A stretch of DNA of 64,000 nt from Daphnia carinata (taxonomy: Eukaryota), in NCBI RefSeq assembly GCF_022539665.2, contig NC_081333.1, positions 10,168,001-10,232,000 on the forward strand, given 5' to 3'. The translations under genes were made by a program, and so were the position numbers. The notes beneath the pieces are model-generated. The model had not been told where the DNA came from. It saw only the letters and a list, made by a program, of their open reading frames with translations, and ran no database searches. Below are positions 50,000 to 64,000 of this stretch, piece after piece (the stretch's first letter is position 1; the number at the start of each line of letters is the position of its first letter).

Positions 50000-52900
50000 T
50001 TTTCATATCAAATAGGGAAGGAGAGGGGACGGCAAATGTTTAGCGTTAACTACATCACTCCGCCGTTTTTCTCGTTTTATTTCTCTTCTGATGTATAACG
50101 TCACTGTTAGCAGTACTGCCTCCATGTGGATGGAAACGTGTGTGCCCTTTTCGTTTATCTTGTGTAATGTTTAAACGGCACGATTGTCCTTAAAGTACGT
50201 CGTGCTACACGCGACGCCATTGTTTTTCCCTTGAACGATTTATTCCCATTTGACCTTTTTTTGTTTTTCTCTTCTTTTGTTTATGCTATTAACTAATGTT
50301 GCCGTCTTGTCTCCAGTTCGTTGGGTACTTTTAGACGAACTTTTATCCATTCCATTTTGTCTTACGTTTTCTTCGTCTCCTAATTAAAAAAAGACGCATA
50401 TCCGGACCGGACGTGGCATTCATCTGCGTAGAGTGGGTCTTTTTTTTTATTCGTCTTTTTTATATGTTCTATCTGTTTCTCTTCTTTTATTTCTGTTTCC
50501 TCCCCCCCCCCTCTTGTGTCCAATATTGAGTTGCCTGGCCCGCCGTGTACTGCACGCGCAGTTGTAACTGGTATAATCTAACGATACGGTTCTCTTAGGA
50601 AACGAAGGGGGCCCGACAACCAGCCAACCAATTTGCGGCCAAAACCGAAAAACAAAACCAAAAAACAAAAACAAAACACAAGAAGAATGGGACAAGATAG
50701 AAAACAATGTATAGCTTTTGCTGTACATCCACGGTTGCAGATTATTATATAGCCGAGAAAAGAAAAGGCACAGTAGTCGTAATAGGATGTACTGTAAAGA
50801 ATAAAACAAAGCAAAAAAAAAACAAAACAACAAGCGAACGGGGTGGTCAGGTCACGGGCTAGTGAACGCCACGTTCGGGCGAAATCTTTTTTAGCCCGGA
50901 GAAGTGAGGGGAAAAATAAGAGAGACATTCACGAAAAACACCGAAGAGAGTCATAAAACACACACACACACACACACAAGAAAAAAACATTTGGAGGCCT
51001 TTTTTTTTTTGTTTTGTTTTTCTTCGGATAAGATTATTATGCTGTAGCATAATAGTTAGTTGCTGTACAATATATACAGCGCATATCGCATTGGCTTTCT
51101 TGTCACGCATGCGACTCGCCTTTATTTCTGCCTCACTCTTCTTTTATTTCTTTTTCGTCTCTTTTATATATATATATATATGTATACTCTACATTACGTG
51201 GGGGGTTGCTACGGTGTAGCCTTGTTGTCTCCGGTTGAGAAAAAAGAAGGCTAAGGTTTTCTGTACTATCGTCTTCCATCGCCTTACGACATTGTCTCCT
51301 CTCTTTTTTCTTGGCCTTTTTTTTTCTCTTTCTCTTTATTATTTCCTTCCCCTCCAACTGTTTCTCATTCTTTGTCTGGCTTCTCTTTTTCTATTTTCAC
51401 CTTTTAAGGAAAAACGAAGAGCTTGCTTAACAAGACACACATCCTTGAGTTGGTGATGGAAAGAACAAAGAGCTACGATGGATGGGTCACCGCTTGTTTT
51501 ATTGGTAAACGGGAGAAAAGGACGCGTACGATGCGCGTGTGTAACCGCGGAAAGCGAACAACTCCTTGCTCGTCATTCGCAGTCTTTTAGCTGTACTTCG
51601 TTGTTGCAAAATTTTTTTTGGCATTTTCAGTTTCCTGCCGCTGAGCATAAATTTGCTCGTTGACGACCCCATTTTCACCTGATGAATTCGCGCTTTTCTT
51701 TCTTTCCGTCATGACCTCCACACCTAATAAGCGTTAAGACCATCAACATTCGCACTCAGTGGCCCATTCAATTTTTTTTTTTTCGAAAACCACACCCGAA
51801 TGTCGACGTGTTTTGTTTGTTTCGCAAAGTCCTCCACGTCAGCGCGTTTCTAGCGCTGTGAAGCAAGCGCACCCGTCGAAGAGATTGAAGTCCCGCCGTC
51901 ATACGTCAGTGCACAGCGAAACACACAAGATAGAAAGAGAGAGTGGCACAAATGGGACAAATGAGCATTTGACGAATCGCTAATGTAAATGCACAAGAGT
52001 TATACGCCCATCTGCAATACAAGTGGCGTACGCGTTCTTACGGCGATACGTATGACGAAATAAGCCGGGGAAAAAAAAAAAAAATGCGCAACTAGCACAC
52101 ACGAAGGATATAAATATATACGAACATAAAGGAGAAAATATGTTGAAATTGAAACAAAAAAAATGCTTCTCGTCTTGATTGTGTGTTTTATTTTTCTGCG
52201 TCCCTGTCTCAATTCCCGCGTGTCCCTGTACCGTGCAATGTCGAAACTCCTTTATTTTATTTTTATTTTTATTTTTTTTTGAATTCTTTTCTTGTAGCGA
52301 CTTTGAGCTTTCAACACGACCATGACGAGAGAGTAGTGTGTGTATCTATGGAAGGCGAGAGCAGGTCCGCTATCGCGTCGTTTGGCATAATGTTTTGCAC
52401 GCAAAGTGCCGCGACTAAGGCATGGAAGGAAGGCAAATCATTCACGCAAATCACCGGCCGCCACTGGCGCCCTATAGACCTCGACTTTATTTCGACTTCA
52501 TACGGTCCTATTGAGTTCAAGGCTCGTAAAAATTCAATGAAAAAAAAAAAATCGACAGGAAAAAGAGTGTAAGAAGATAATAGGTTTTTATTAGCCATAG
52601 ACGAATGCGATGTTTTAGCAAACACTCGGATTGCGCGTTTCAAAAAAACACACAAACAAAATCGGGATCTCAATGGCAAAACGGATACGTATATTATACC
52701 GATATTGTAATATTCTCTATTTTCCTCTCTGGTGGGGGTGGTTCAACCTTGGTTGCCTATAAAGACAGGTGGGCGAGTGGGAGGGCATAGGGAAAAAAGA
52801 CGAGAGAAAAGGAGAAAGGTTTTGTTCGAGTGATAGTTGCGCACCTGTGCGGATGCTAAACGCATACCAAATGAACACAATCGAAATCGTATTTTTGTTT

Positions 52901-55721
52901 TAAAGGGATGACGACACTTGCATAAAAATACACACAGCGAAAGAAAAGGAATCGATGGCTCAGATCGAAAGATGAAAACTATATTTTAAAATTCATTGCG
53001 CGTCTATTTTCCGATGATGATTTTTTATTAGCGTCGAGTCTTTGGCAGTTTAAACGAGGCTTTCGTGATTAGTTTTGGTTTTTCAGCCCTGCGTGCTGCC
53101 GGATTGGAGTAAAAAAAAAATTAATGGAAACGTGCGTTTTTTAGCTTTCATCGTTATCTAACGAGTCCATCAAAACTGGACGCTATCCGACAACGAAAAA
53201 AAAAAAAAAATCAAAACGATGAAGTGATGGCGCTACTGCTGCTTATTGCGTAGTCTGTTCATTCTATTAATTCAAACTGATGGAAAAGTTTGACCTCGAT
53301 AGCCAGGCTAATGATTTTCCAACGGCCGCGGGGAAATAGACCAAAAAATAAAAAAATAAAAAGATTAGCAATCAGCTGCCAAATGCAAACGCGCCCTCTA
53401 TTCGATAACTGTAACCGATATGCTACCGTTATCACCAATGCTGGCTACTACCTCGCATTTCTCTCTATCTCCCTTCTTCCTACACCAAAACTCTCTCTTA
53501 TTATTATTATTTTTTTGTTCTCCCGGTATTCACGTGATTGTGCCCATTGGTTGAGAAAGTCATCATTTCCATATTGGTTCAATGTCTCCCGCTCGCACGC
53601 CACGATTGTGTCTGTTTCTTATTTTTTTTTTTTTTCAAAAAAAATTTTTTTGTTTTACCTGTACAGGCGTATACAGGCCACACCCAAGAATTTAAAGTTT
53701 CCAATAATTCTATATTGGAAAATTGAGTTGCAGTTTTGGTTTTTTTCGGCGACGAAATTTCACGCCGACACACAAGTTCGGGGACAGCCATCAACGGTTG
53801 CCGCGTAATGGACACCGGTGGATATATAGCTTTTCGTAATAGAACAAGAGAGGTGAAAGCGCTGATGGGCTTTGAACGTTGTGTTCACTCGAGAGTAAAC
53901 GATGACATTAAGGTTGCTTATTTTTATTTATTCTTTTTTTTTCCCTTACTTTTTTTTTCCTGTGTGTGTTTATTTTTTTTCTCTCACGAAAGTCGAGAAT
54001 GAACGAGAACGCATGGCCACAAAAAGGCGAGAGAAGAACGAAAGAGAATAGTTCCTATTAAGGTCCTGCAGGTAGGCATTTTTTTTTTTAGTATACATTC
54101 ATTTTCATTTTTTTTTTTCCCTCTTTGAAAAACGTAAAAAAAAAAACAACAGGGCAAAAGAAACGTGAAAGAAATAGAAAAAAAAATGGCCCGGAGCATC
54201 ATAAAAGAATGAAGAAGAGTCTTATGATCGCATCACACACACAGCAGCAGCGGTCAAGAACACAAACCACCACAGTGTCTATGCGTATAATATACATATA
54301 AAGTAAGCATTCGTGGTATATAGTAATGTATCTGATCATATTTTAGGGTAAACAAAAAAAAAAATAAAATACCAGAAAGAATAAAGTGGCAAGGAGAAAA
54401 ATGTGATGAATAATAGAAAGAAAGAAGAAGCAACTTGTTGCTCCGGCAGAATATCTTTTTTAAATGTCTCTTTTTGTGTGTGTGTGTGTGTGTGTGTGTT
54501 GTTGTTGTTGTTGTTGCCGTTGCGTTCTTTTATATTTCAAGAATGACTGTCGTTACGTAGATGAAAAAGAAAAAAAAAAAAGGCTAGCGGACGCAAGCGC
54601 CGGCAACGGTGGCGCTGTCCTCGCCCTACCAAAACCCCTCAAACAGAAAAAAAAAAAGAAAACATTCTTTTCAAGAACAAAAATAAAACAAAAAAAAAAA
54701 GCAACACAAGATGGGGTGTACGCATGACTTTATAAGGCTCTCTTTTTGAATATCTTTGCATAGCCAGTAAAATATACATGTACGTGTAATGCCTGACTTG
54801 CTGTGAGAGTCTTGCGCCAGCTCATGTCAGCTCATTGCCATCCTTCTTTTGATTCGAACCATCAACAAAAGCCAAGCGCCATCGTGTCGTTACTACCGTC
54901 TTTATACCAATAGATTTAATTCCCTTTTTTTTAATAGAGGGAAATAGACAACACCTTTGCGTACGCAGAAAAGAGAAATAGTTTCGCTTCATGTTTTGAG
55001 CGTCATAAACCACTTTGGAGGAAGCCAATCAAATCCAGGTCGATTTAATGCAATGCAAAGTGCATTCATTGCGTTATGCAAAAAATATTGTCAGTGAAAA
55101 ACGAAGGGCACGAATGAATGGGAGCAGTTCGGTAAACTGCGTAAGCCCAAGTTTGAAAGCTTTAAATGGTGGCAGTGCCCGCGAGTGCATTGCTACTAAA
55201 CTAGATCGTAGACTCTGTGTAGCATTTTAGAATAAAAGCGCTCTTAAATGCCATTCGGTAGGAGCGAATTCAATCAAATAAACAAATAATACGCTGCATA
55301 CGGAGCCTGCGTCTACGTCCTGAAACCCCCCCAAGTCCCGGAGAGCATTTAGACATTTTGGCACGGGCTCAAGGTCTTCTCACCTTATCTCTATATAAAC
55401 GCAGACAATAACAAAAAGAAAAAATATATATTTATATAGAATTAAAAAAAACAAACAACAACAACCGAGTCTCCATCTTTTTTTTTTTTCTTCTTTGTTT
55501 CTTCCTATTCATTTCTTTTTCTTTCCTCTGCTTTTCATTCCATTTCTTTTTTGTTTATTTCATTTTAAATATTTTTTTTTTGAAAAATTTTTCTTTTGGG
55601 TATTAAAATTTCATTAATTTTTCCTTCGGCAGTCAACGCCATCGCCGGTACGGGATAAGAAACCAAGTCGAGAAAAATAAAATAAAAAGGGCGCTTGATT
55701 TTGAAAAAGAAATATGAAACG

Positions 55722-55761
<40 letters not shown>

Positions 55762-58601
55762 GCACCATCAAAAAGCCAGGAAGTCCTTGCCGGAGTTCCA
55801 CTCAAGAGTCAACGTGCATATGCGCAGCCTTATAGCATCGACGTAGTTAGAATTCAAAGTCAAAAAGGTTGAATTTCTTTCTTTTGTGTGTGTGTGTGTG
55901 TGTCTTTGAGTGTTTTAAAAAAGAGAAATGAATTCGTATTTTCAAATATATTCAATGGTCGAATCTTACGTGTGCGCTCGTCCTTGTTGTCTATAACATC
56001 TTTCTTCTTTTCCTTTCCTACCACCATCATTTATAATAGATTTCTTTTTTTTTTTTCTGGGTGCAGAGAATTTTCCCAGAAGCCGATAGAAGATTCCTTT
56101 CTTCCCAAGATGAAAAAAAAAAAAAAAAAAAATCTAAAAATGAATTGACTTTATGTAACTATGGAGCGCCGTTTTAGATTAACCCACCCACCACCACCCC
56201 ACCCATGCGCTTGCTGTCAGTGGTTTCCAGGGTCGTGTACGAAGAGAGAACTGCCATCGAGAAAGAATAAAAACATAAAGAAATAAAAAAAAAAAAAAAA
56301 AAAAAGAAAAAGATGGGCATCCGTTCCCGTATATTAGTCAGTTGTTGATGCTGTTTGGCTTTTTTTTTTTTTTTTTTTTAGTTTTGGATTTTTTATCCGT
56401 GTGTTTGAAGACATGACGTCACGATGACGATACGCTAAACGACACGAGACGGACGACTATATTTTTTCATTGCCTTTCACGGTCTGCTCGGCAAACAAAC
56501 TCAGAAAAGCTGAAAATTCTTCGACTGGCAAGTCGACGATGTTGTTATTATTATTCGTTCCCTTTTTTTTTTGCTTCTGATGATGATGATGTGTGTGTGT
56601 GTGTGTGTACGTATGCGGGAGCGCAAGAAACGCGCGCTCCATTTACACGCGGCTAACTATTAAATTACGCCGATTTCTTTTTATTCTCTTTACTTTTCGT
56701 TTCTCTCTCCGTTCGTGGATTATTATAGGAACGAGGGGCCTGGTTTCCTTTTATTGCCTTTTTTTTTTTCTAGCGCTCATCTTGGCAACAAAACGAAGAA
56801 ACAGCGCAAAAAAAAAAAAAAAAGGGAGAATCGAGCGTTGACAAGCCGACCGAGATTGCGCAAAATAGAGCGTGGGGCAACGGGACTAGGAAGAGGGAAA
56901 AAAAAAATGCGGAGAAGAAAGAGATCGTCAGGGACCGTATATAAAATTGTATTTTGCTATGATATTATCTGTTATAGCGCAGTGTGTAGCCTTGTGCACA
57001 TACTAACTCGCTGGCACTACACTTTACAGAGCGCACAGCTCTCGGTACGGTTACATTATACTTCCCTCCCCCCCCCCCCAGACCCTTCCTTTTGCGAATC
57101 AATAAAGAGACTGCGTCACACGCTGCTCCCGCTTCTGCTACTTTTATTCCACACACACACAAAAGACTCGTGTGTGTGTCCCTTTTTCTCTCTCTCTCTC
57201 TCTTTGACGACAGCCCTGAGGGGCGGAGGACAAAAAAAAAAAAGAGGGGGAAACATTGAAAGCTGGCGGATCAATCCCGAGGACTGCCAACCTCCCGACA
57301 AACACACGCAGAGAAACACACATATAAATATACTGTATGCAGTGCAGTATAGACTTGTGAGCGTCGACAGATATCTAAAGCAAAAAAAAAAAAAAAGGTC
57401 GGGGTAGTGGCTGCTGCAACCATAGGTCGACTGATGTTCTTCGAGTTTGAGTAGATCCGGACCAGAAGAGCAGAGGAATCTAGGCTAAAGTGGGTGGTCC
57501 TCCGCATTTTCCCTATTGCTGGTGCGTCGATGAGTGAACAGACTTAACTGACTACACTCTTTATGCTATGATATCCCGTAGGTTTTGAAATCACGCGGGA
57601 TTTCTTATCCTAATCTCACGCCCTGCCTTTTGGCTGTTCATTTTGAAACACACACACAAAAAAAAAGACTCTCTTTAAAGATTTTGCCTTTTTTTTTTTC
57701 TATCCTTTTGTTGGCTCACCGACATGCACACAACGACGTTGATGAACAAGATCGATGGATCAATCTTGATGGTATTAATTAGTTCTGACCGGAGATGGGC
57801 GGCAGCAAGGAGAAAGGAAAAAAAAGAGGAGGTTGAATTAAAATAAGTCTATCAATACAGCAGGGGGGGGGGGGGGGGGGTATATAGAGGTGGGAGGAGA
57901 CTCCTAAGTAAGTTAATATGAAGCGTTGAGAAAGCAGCAGTCCTATGTTTTTATAGAGTCAAGCTAAGAGGACCGAGTGTAAAAAAAAAAAAAAAAAAAA
58001 GAACTGATGTTTTTCTTTTCTTTTGTTTTTGGTATCGATCGCCCTATCGAGAGAGAGAGACAGCAAACCGAAAGGGCTGGAAGATTGAGGAGCCAAATGG
58101 TGGCAGCGATATATATATATATAAGCTTTAGATGCTATACAATAAGAGGGTGGCGTTGCGCCGTGAGAGAGATGAAAAAAAAAAAAAAAGGGAAGACACG
58201 CCGAGCGAAACGTGGGGAGGTTCATTATAGCCGCTGATCAATTGACGGGAGACCCCCAACAGAAAAGGGAACGAACGAAACAAAAAAACAAAAAAAAAAA
58301 AAATGTACACATCAAATAGGAGGCAAGGGCGAAAACGGTTGCATTGGGAATATATGTATACTGTGCTCTATATATCTATCTTATGCGTGCATAAACATAC
58401 AGAGAGCTAAAAGCTAAATAGAGCTTCAGAGAGAGAAAGAGAGAGCGAGATAGAGAGAGAGAGAGAAGAGAAGGTTATGATGTCCATCTGCGCTGACTTT
58501 GGGGTCGACCGAGGCGCAGATCAATACCCGCCGATTCCTCTCCTACCCCAGCAACTCAGTTCTTCTTTTTTTTTTTCTTGCGTACGTGCGTATTCGTATC
58601 C

Positions 58602-58632
<31 letters not shown>

Positions 58633-61600
58633 CTCTATATATTCGCCTTCCTTCCTCGTTCTATTTATCGAGAAAAGAAAAATAGAAGCGCCTGCTCCCG
58701 ATGCTACCAGATTGACTACCAAGCATTACGGAAAAAGATGGTGGCTTCGTTCTTTCTTCGTCGCTATTTTATCGCACCACTCCGTACAGCAGCTTCCTTT
58801 TATTCTTTCTTTCTTTAAAAAAAAAAATATAAATCTGTCGTTCGTTCGTTTTTTGTTTTTTTTTCGTCCCTGTTTCTACTTGGAATAAATATCCCATCTT
58901 GGTTGTAGCGCTCTTGAAAAAAAAAAAAAAAAAAAGAGAAACACGAGCGGGTAAAACACTGGGGAGCCGTGCATCGAGTTGAAAACATCGTTCGTATTGC
59001 AGACGTGGAACGAAAGGAAAGAGAAGAGAGAAATAGAGAGAGATATGGTTTTGTCTATGCAGCAGACAAACACAACCAGAGACGCGACGCCAAAAGAAAA
59101 AAAAAAAAAGAAGAAGAAGAAGAAGAAAGAAAGAAGAGATCTCACCTTCATCTCACCTATCTATGTGTAGAGCTAAACGTGTATGCGCGTTAACCTCCCT
59201 CTAACCGGCGGGAGAGCAGGAGAATGAATTCCTCAACTCCCGCCGCGCGTCTCTTCTTCATTTTATTATTTTTTTTTTTTTTCTATCTTTTTTCCTATTT
59301 CAAATAAACATTTTCGACCTCCATCTTCATCATCATCATCATTTTTTGTGTGTGTGTGTGTGTGTATTCCTCCCTTTCTTCTTCCTTTTCTTTCTCATCA
59401 CAGTTTAACGCACTCACGTAAAGCGCGTTTGCCCCGGACCGGAGAGACCAAACCCAACAACAACGGCGGTCAGGATCGACAAATATCTGAAGAATTTCTT
59501 ATTTTTTTTTTTTTTTTTTTTTTTTTTATCTTTCGTTCATTCGTTTCGTTCATCCCTACCCTTTTTTTTTCTTTCACCTTTTTCTTGTTGTTGTTTCTAG
59601 TTTTATTCCTTAAAATTCTTCCACACACGCACTCACGAACGCACACACACACACACACATCAACTCAGGAGATGTCCGGTAGACAGACAAACAATGAAAT
59701 TCTCCAGTTTTTGTTGTTTTCCTTTTGAAAACATTTTGTGTAAGGAAATAAAAAAAAAAAAAAAAAAAAAAAAAACTACCAATCGCAGGTGTAGATGATG
59801 GGTGCGCGCGCGCGCGAGCGGGTTTTGGTGTTAGCGGTTAGTCTCTAATATATTCACGGCCAGGTGTTTGGTTTTGTTTGATGTTTTTTTTTTTTTTGTC
59901 TTGTTTTTTTTTTTTTTTTCAGTTGCCACTATATCCGGCTAGCGATCATCGTTGGATAGCGGTCAGGCGTCAGACCTGAATTCCATTTAGTTTTGTGCTT
60001 ATTTTTTTATTGTTGTTGTTGTTGTCTCTTGAATTTTCGAATGTTGCACACGACAAAAAAAATACTTCATTTTGATTTGCCAGCACGCTACAAGGCGAAG
60101 AAGAAAACAAAAAATTGATGTTATCTTTTTTTTTTTTTTTTTCTTTTTCCGCGTCCTGATTCAAATGGCTCGCCCTCGCGCGGACGCACTCGGCTCCTCT
60201 TTTTTTTTTTGCAACTAGAGGAACTGCTTTTACTCCGTGTGACACAGACACATGGATCCGTCCGCCCTTCTGTTGTGTGTTGCTTCCACCGTGAGCGCGC
60301 GGAAGGAGTTGGCACACGGCGGCGCAGCCATTCGATACGGCGACAACGCAACAATGTTGCCAACCTTTCTTTTTTTTTTTTTTTTTTTTTTCTTTTGCCC
60401 TACTCTTTCGTTCCCCTTTTTTTTTTTTTTTTTTTTTCTTCTTTTTCTTTTTATCTTTCTCTTCTCTTATTGATTTCTCTCTAGAAAGACGGTGGCTTCT
60501 TTTCTTTCCTTTTGCTTGATGATGGCGCGGCCAAGATGGCGTGCCTGCTCTCTTTCCGTCTGACGTCTTCCCTTCTTTTTCTATTTCTTCTTTCTTTTCT
60601 TTTTTATTTTTCTTCAGCTTTGACGTAGGCTGCTGCATCAGCGAGCAGCAACAGCAAACGAGACGCGCAGAAAATGAAAACGCAAATAAAAATTAAAAAA
60701 GAGAAGAAAACGAGGGCCTTTTTTTTTGTTTTTTATCACGGAGCACGAAGAGGGCGTCGGTGGGAATGGGAGCACCAGCTTCGACGTCGTTCATTGTCGA
60801 CCAGAGAAAGACACACACACATCAGGAAAAATAAAAAAAAAAAGTGGGAGAGATAGAGGGTGGCACATATTGAATGTTGTGAGTGGTTGCAAGCGCTTGG
60901 GTCGTTTCCACGGAGAAGGTCGCAGTATAGGAGCGAAAGAGCGGCCGTTCGTTCGTGAAAAAAAATGAGGCGGGAGCGAGTCACGGGTGTGTATGGAAGA
61001 CTATGCAAGGGGACACATCGATTTCATCGGACCTAGCAACTAAAAAAAAAAAAAAAAAAAAGCCCCGCAAAATAAAAAATAAATAAAGAGAGACAAGAGG
61101 AACGAAAGAAAAAAAAAAAAAAAAGGGAGCCAGAAGCGGACTATCACGCGGGAACATCGCAGTTGCGTATACACGACGATTGGCAGTACGTCGTCTTGTT
61201 CGAAGACACTCGTGGTCGTCGCGACCTTCGAGAATGAAGCACGTCTGCTCCACACTGACGAGCAAGAAAAAACAAAAGAAAAACAAAAGAAAAAGAAAAA
61301 CAAATAACAAGCCAAACAACGAGTTGATTTACATTTTCGGTAGAATTTTTTATCGTCTTCCTTTTTTTTATCTTTTATCTTCTGAGTTTTCTTCAGGCTT
61401 TGGAAAATGTGATGGACTCACGCTTAAACCTCAGCTGAGAAACGACTCGTGTTCGAATAGCAACAAGACAAATTTTAAAGAGCTCGGCTATAATCTCGTG
61501 GTGTGTGTCCTTTTACTGAGGCGCAGAGTTCCAGCCAGAAACCAGGAAAAAGACGTACACGGTGATATACTGACACAAAAGAATGAAAACAAAAGCCCAG

Positions 61601-63367
61601 CAGGAAAAAGGAACACACACACACACACACACACATACACACACACACACAAAAATAAAAATAAAAATAAGAAGGGGGGGGGGGAGGGAGGGGGAATAGA
61701 AGAAGGATACCACACGATCGTTATTCGGGTTTCATCACGTGTCATGACGCTATCGATCAAATAGTCCCGACTCCATCAGCTACGACGGACCGGCCTGTAG
61801 CTGCTTGCTGCCACCCTTGTCCTCGTCTTTAAGTCTAACGCTGCCTACGTTTGAAATACATGTCCATCGCTGGAACAGTCTACGCCAAGCACAGCCAACG
61901 GCTCGTATTAAAATATGCATGATGACAGCTAAAAGTTGAATAGATTACGTGAGCTGGACGCGTGGACACACGCATCTTTATCAAGAATTTCCAAGATTGT
62001 TAAAAGACAAGACTACACACAAACTATTTTGCATACGAGTTTTCTTTTTATTTATTTATTTTATTATTTTTTTTTTTTTCCTTAGTTCAAAGTCCCCCGC
62101 CCCCTGAAAAGAGCGACAATCGTCAAGTGTTGCAGCCTCTGTTTTCTTTTGCTTATTAAGCCTCGTGTAGGAGAAAAATAATTTTTTTTGTTTGTTAGCC
62201 GTTAAAGGCAAAAGCCAAGAGGCGGGAAAGGGGCGCGTGTTTGTTTGGATCGATGACGCCATCACGGCCGCACTTGACGCCCGCAGGAGAGTCCAAGGAG
62301 ACCGGGATATATAAGGGAGTGAGAAAAGAAGGAAGAAAAAAAAAAAAAAAAAAAAAGGAAAGGGAAAGCGGAGCTAGAGTTCAAATGACCAACTGGGCAA
62401 CAGTACGGTGCCTTTTCCAAGACCCACGTAGCCGGTCGGTTCTTCCCGCAGAGTTCCCTCGGTCCGGGAGTCCATTGAACGTAGACCTTTTGCGTTTTTA
62501 TTGGAGAAGAGGGATGGGGGGCGTTTATACTCGAGCAAATGTGCATTGTTTCCATTTGAGATCTAATTGTACTCCTTTCTTTTTCTTGAAAATTTGAGAA
62601 AAATGAAACAAATGCTACGTTTGCGTGCGTTTCTCTTAGTTAACTGCGAAAAGAGACGACGTTGACGGATGTGCGCAGTTGGGCCGTTAAATACAATAAC
62701 GCTATACAGTTGGTATAGAGTTATAGGTGAATTGTACATAAAGCCGTAACCAGGCAACGCAAGTCCCAAGTCACGTACTTGTTATTTCTTGATTCTTCCA
62801 GTTCGACCTTTCTTTTTTGTTTTGTTTTTTATGCTTTCGTGTATCTGTTGTGTCCACCAGTAGAGCCGCATACTTTATTGATTCCTTATCCCTCCGCATT
62901 TTCTCCGTAAGAATATGGTGATGAGTATTTTCCATAAGGCAAGCGGCCCTGACGGACAAGTTCTAACAACGTACACAAAACCTGGCCAGCGTTTGTGCGG
63001 CCGTTTTCATTCCCGTTGCCACAACAAAACATTTGTTTGTTTGTTTGTTTGTTTGTTTTTTTTCTCTAAACTTCTCCTCTTTCCAGCCGAAAAAGGAGGC
63101 AAATATTTTCAAACAATAAAGAAAAAAATTGCGGAAGAGTTCGTATAGTGGGTGCGGAGGAGGTCGCGAGATAACGGCGCTGGTTCCGTCAGTTTTCTTA
63201 GTTACCGCACGTCACCTGTATCGGATTGAGCGCTGGCATCTTGTTGCGTGTGCGCTTTTATGACGTCACGTCGGCGGATGGGCGTACGAGTCAAACGACG
63301 ACACGAGGAAAAGCAAAAAAAAAAAAGACGGGGAAATGACAAACAATAGAGTAATCTCTTTCTCTCT

Positions 63368-63403
<36 letters not shown>

Positions 63404-64000
63404 TACCATTGCAACAACGGTGCAATTGATAAGCATTCGAATCTCCGTTATTCATAATAGGTGACGCTCTCTTATTGCGCTAAAGGTTGACGACACACTC
63501 CAAATGCCAAAGTGCTCATTTTAATTTGATGTTGGATGGCAAAACAGGTATACCCGTCGAGCACTTAGGGAAAGAAAATCTTGGTAAGTGATAAGGTGCC
63601 TAATGAGTTGTTGCTGATGGTGGTCTTTGTTGATGCTAACAACGAAGAGCTGGCATAAGAAAAAAAACAAAAAAAAAAAAAACAACAACAACAAACAAAC
63701 AATCGAGAAACTCTGCGTCTGTACGATCGCATGGCGCGATGACGTGAGAGGCTTTTGTAGAGAGTTGCGCTAGAAGAACCTGTTTGATATGGAGAGCAAG
63801 CGGTCGATCAATCGACGTGTTTTCTTCTGCCTTTTTTGTTGCTTTGTTTTATTATGAAAAAGAGATTATCCGTTGATTGTTGAACAAACCGTCGGATGTC
63901 GTGCTTCTTTTTTTCTGTCAGAAAAAGAAATATTTTTCGTTTTCTCGAAATACAGTTGCAATCTTCTGCGTAGCACAAAGAATTGATTCTCATGTTATAC
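50000..64000. other. Low-complexity non-coding region (poly-A/T, CA/GT, GA repeats), probably 5' intron(s) or upstream region of the ZMIZ gene
   Basis: No ORF with protein-like composition; dense homopolymers and dinucleotide repeats. Confidence 0.6.

Noticed and set aside
59207..59246. Small GC-rich hairpin GGCGGGAG...CTCCCGCC
   Set aside because: Too short for a pre-miRNA, single occurrence, and compatible with chance.
56715..61764. Long ORFs of 190-230 aa (56715+, 59970-, 61180+) and 57271-57507- as ZMIZ 5' exons
   Set aside because: They are dominated by poly-K/F and HT/CV repeats from homopolymers and microsatellites. No ZMIZ homology or convincing splice phase could be shown.

Overview
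Eukaryotic, intron-rich animal DNA. The very short (~55-80 bp) introns and gene content suggest a branchiopod crustacean such as Daphnia; this is inference only. Host genes are: a 5'-truncated Sec24A/B COPII gene (+, to 3810); a convergent, intact, spliced gene with a Bel/Pao Gag-like (DUF1759-type) domain (-, 4431-5693); an 11-exon class A neuropeptide-type GPCR (+, 30774-41970); and a ZMIZ1/tonalli-like SP-RING gene (-, 44551-49722), followed by ~14 kb of microsatellite-rich non-coding DNA. The most unusual part is 6228-25950, a ~19.7 kb nest of three copies of a foldback-type DNA element with TATGGCAATCCG...CGGATTGCCATA ends and 6-bp target duplications, which match my recollection of the IS3EU signature. 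Two copies sit inside the first ~125 bp of a third copy's own terminus. Each element has two ~2.2 kb inverted arms around a ~0.5 kb spacer. Each arm carries a small spliced gene and a conserved, hairpin-dense ~370-nt segment. The spacer holds three tRNA-derived units, the outer two facing out into the arms. The arms are mosaics of three sequence subtypes. A P-like element encoding a spliced THAP-only protein and a hAT-like insertion, both with 8-bp TSDs, landed just upstream of the arm gene. I could not recognise any catalytic transposase.
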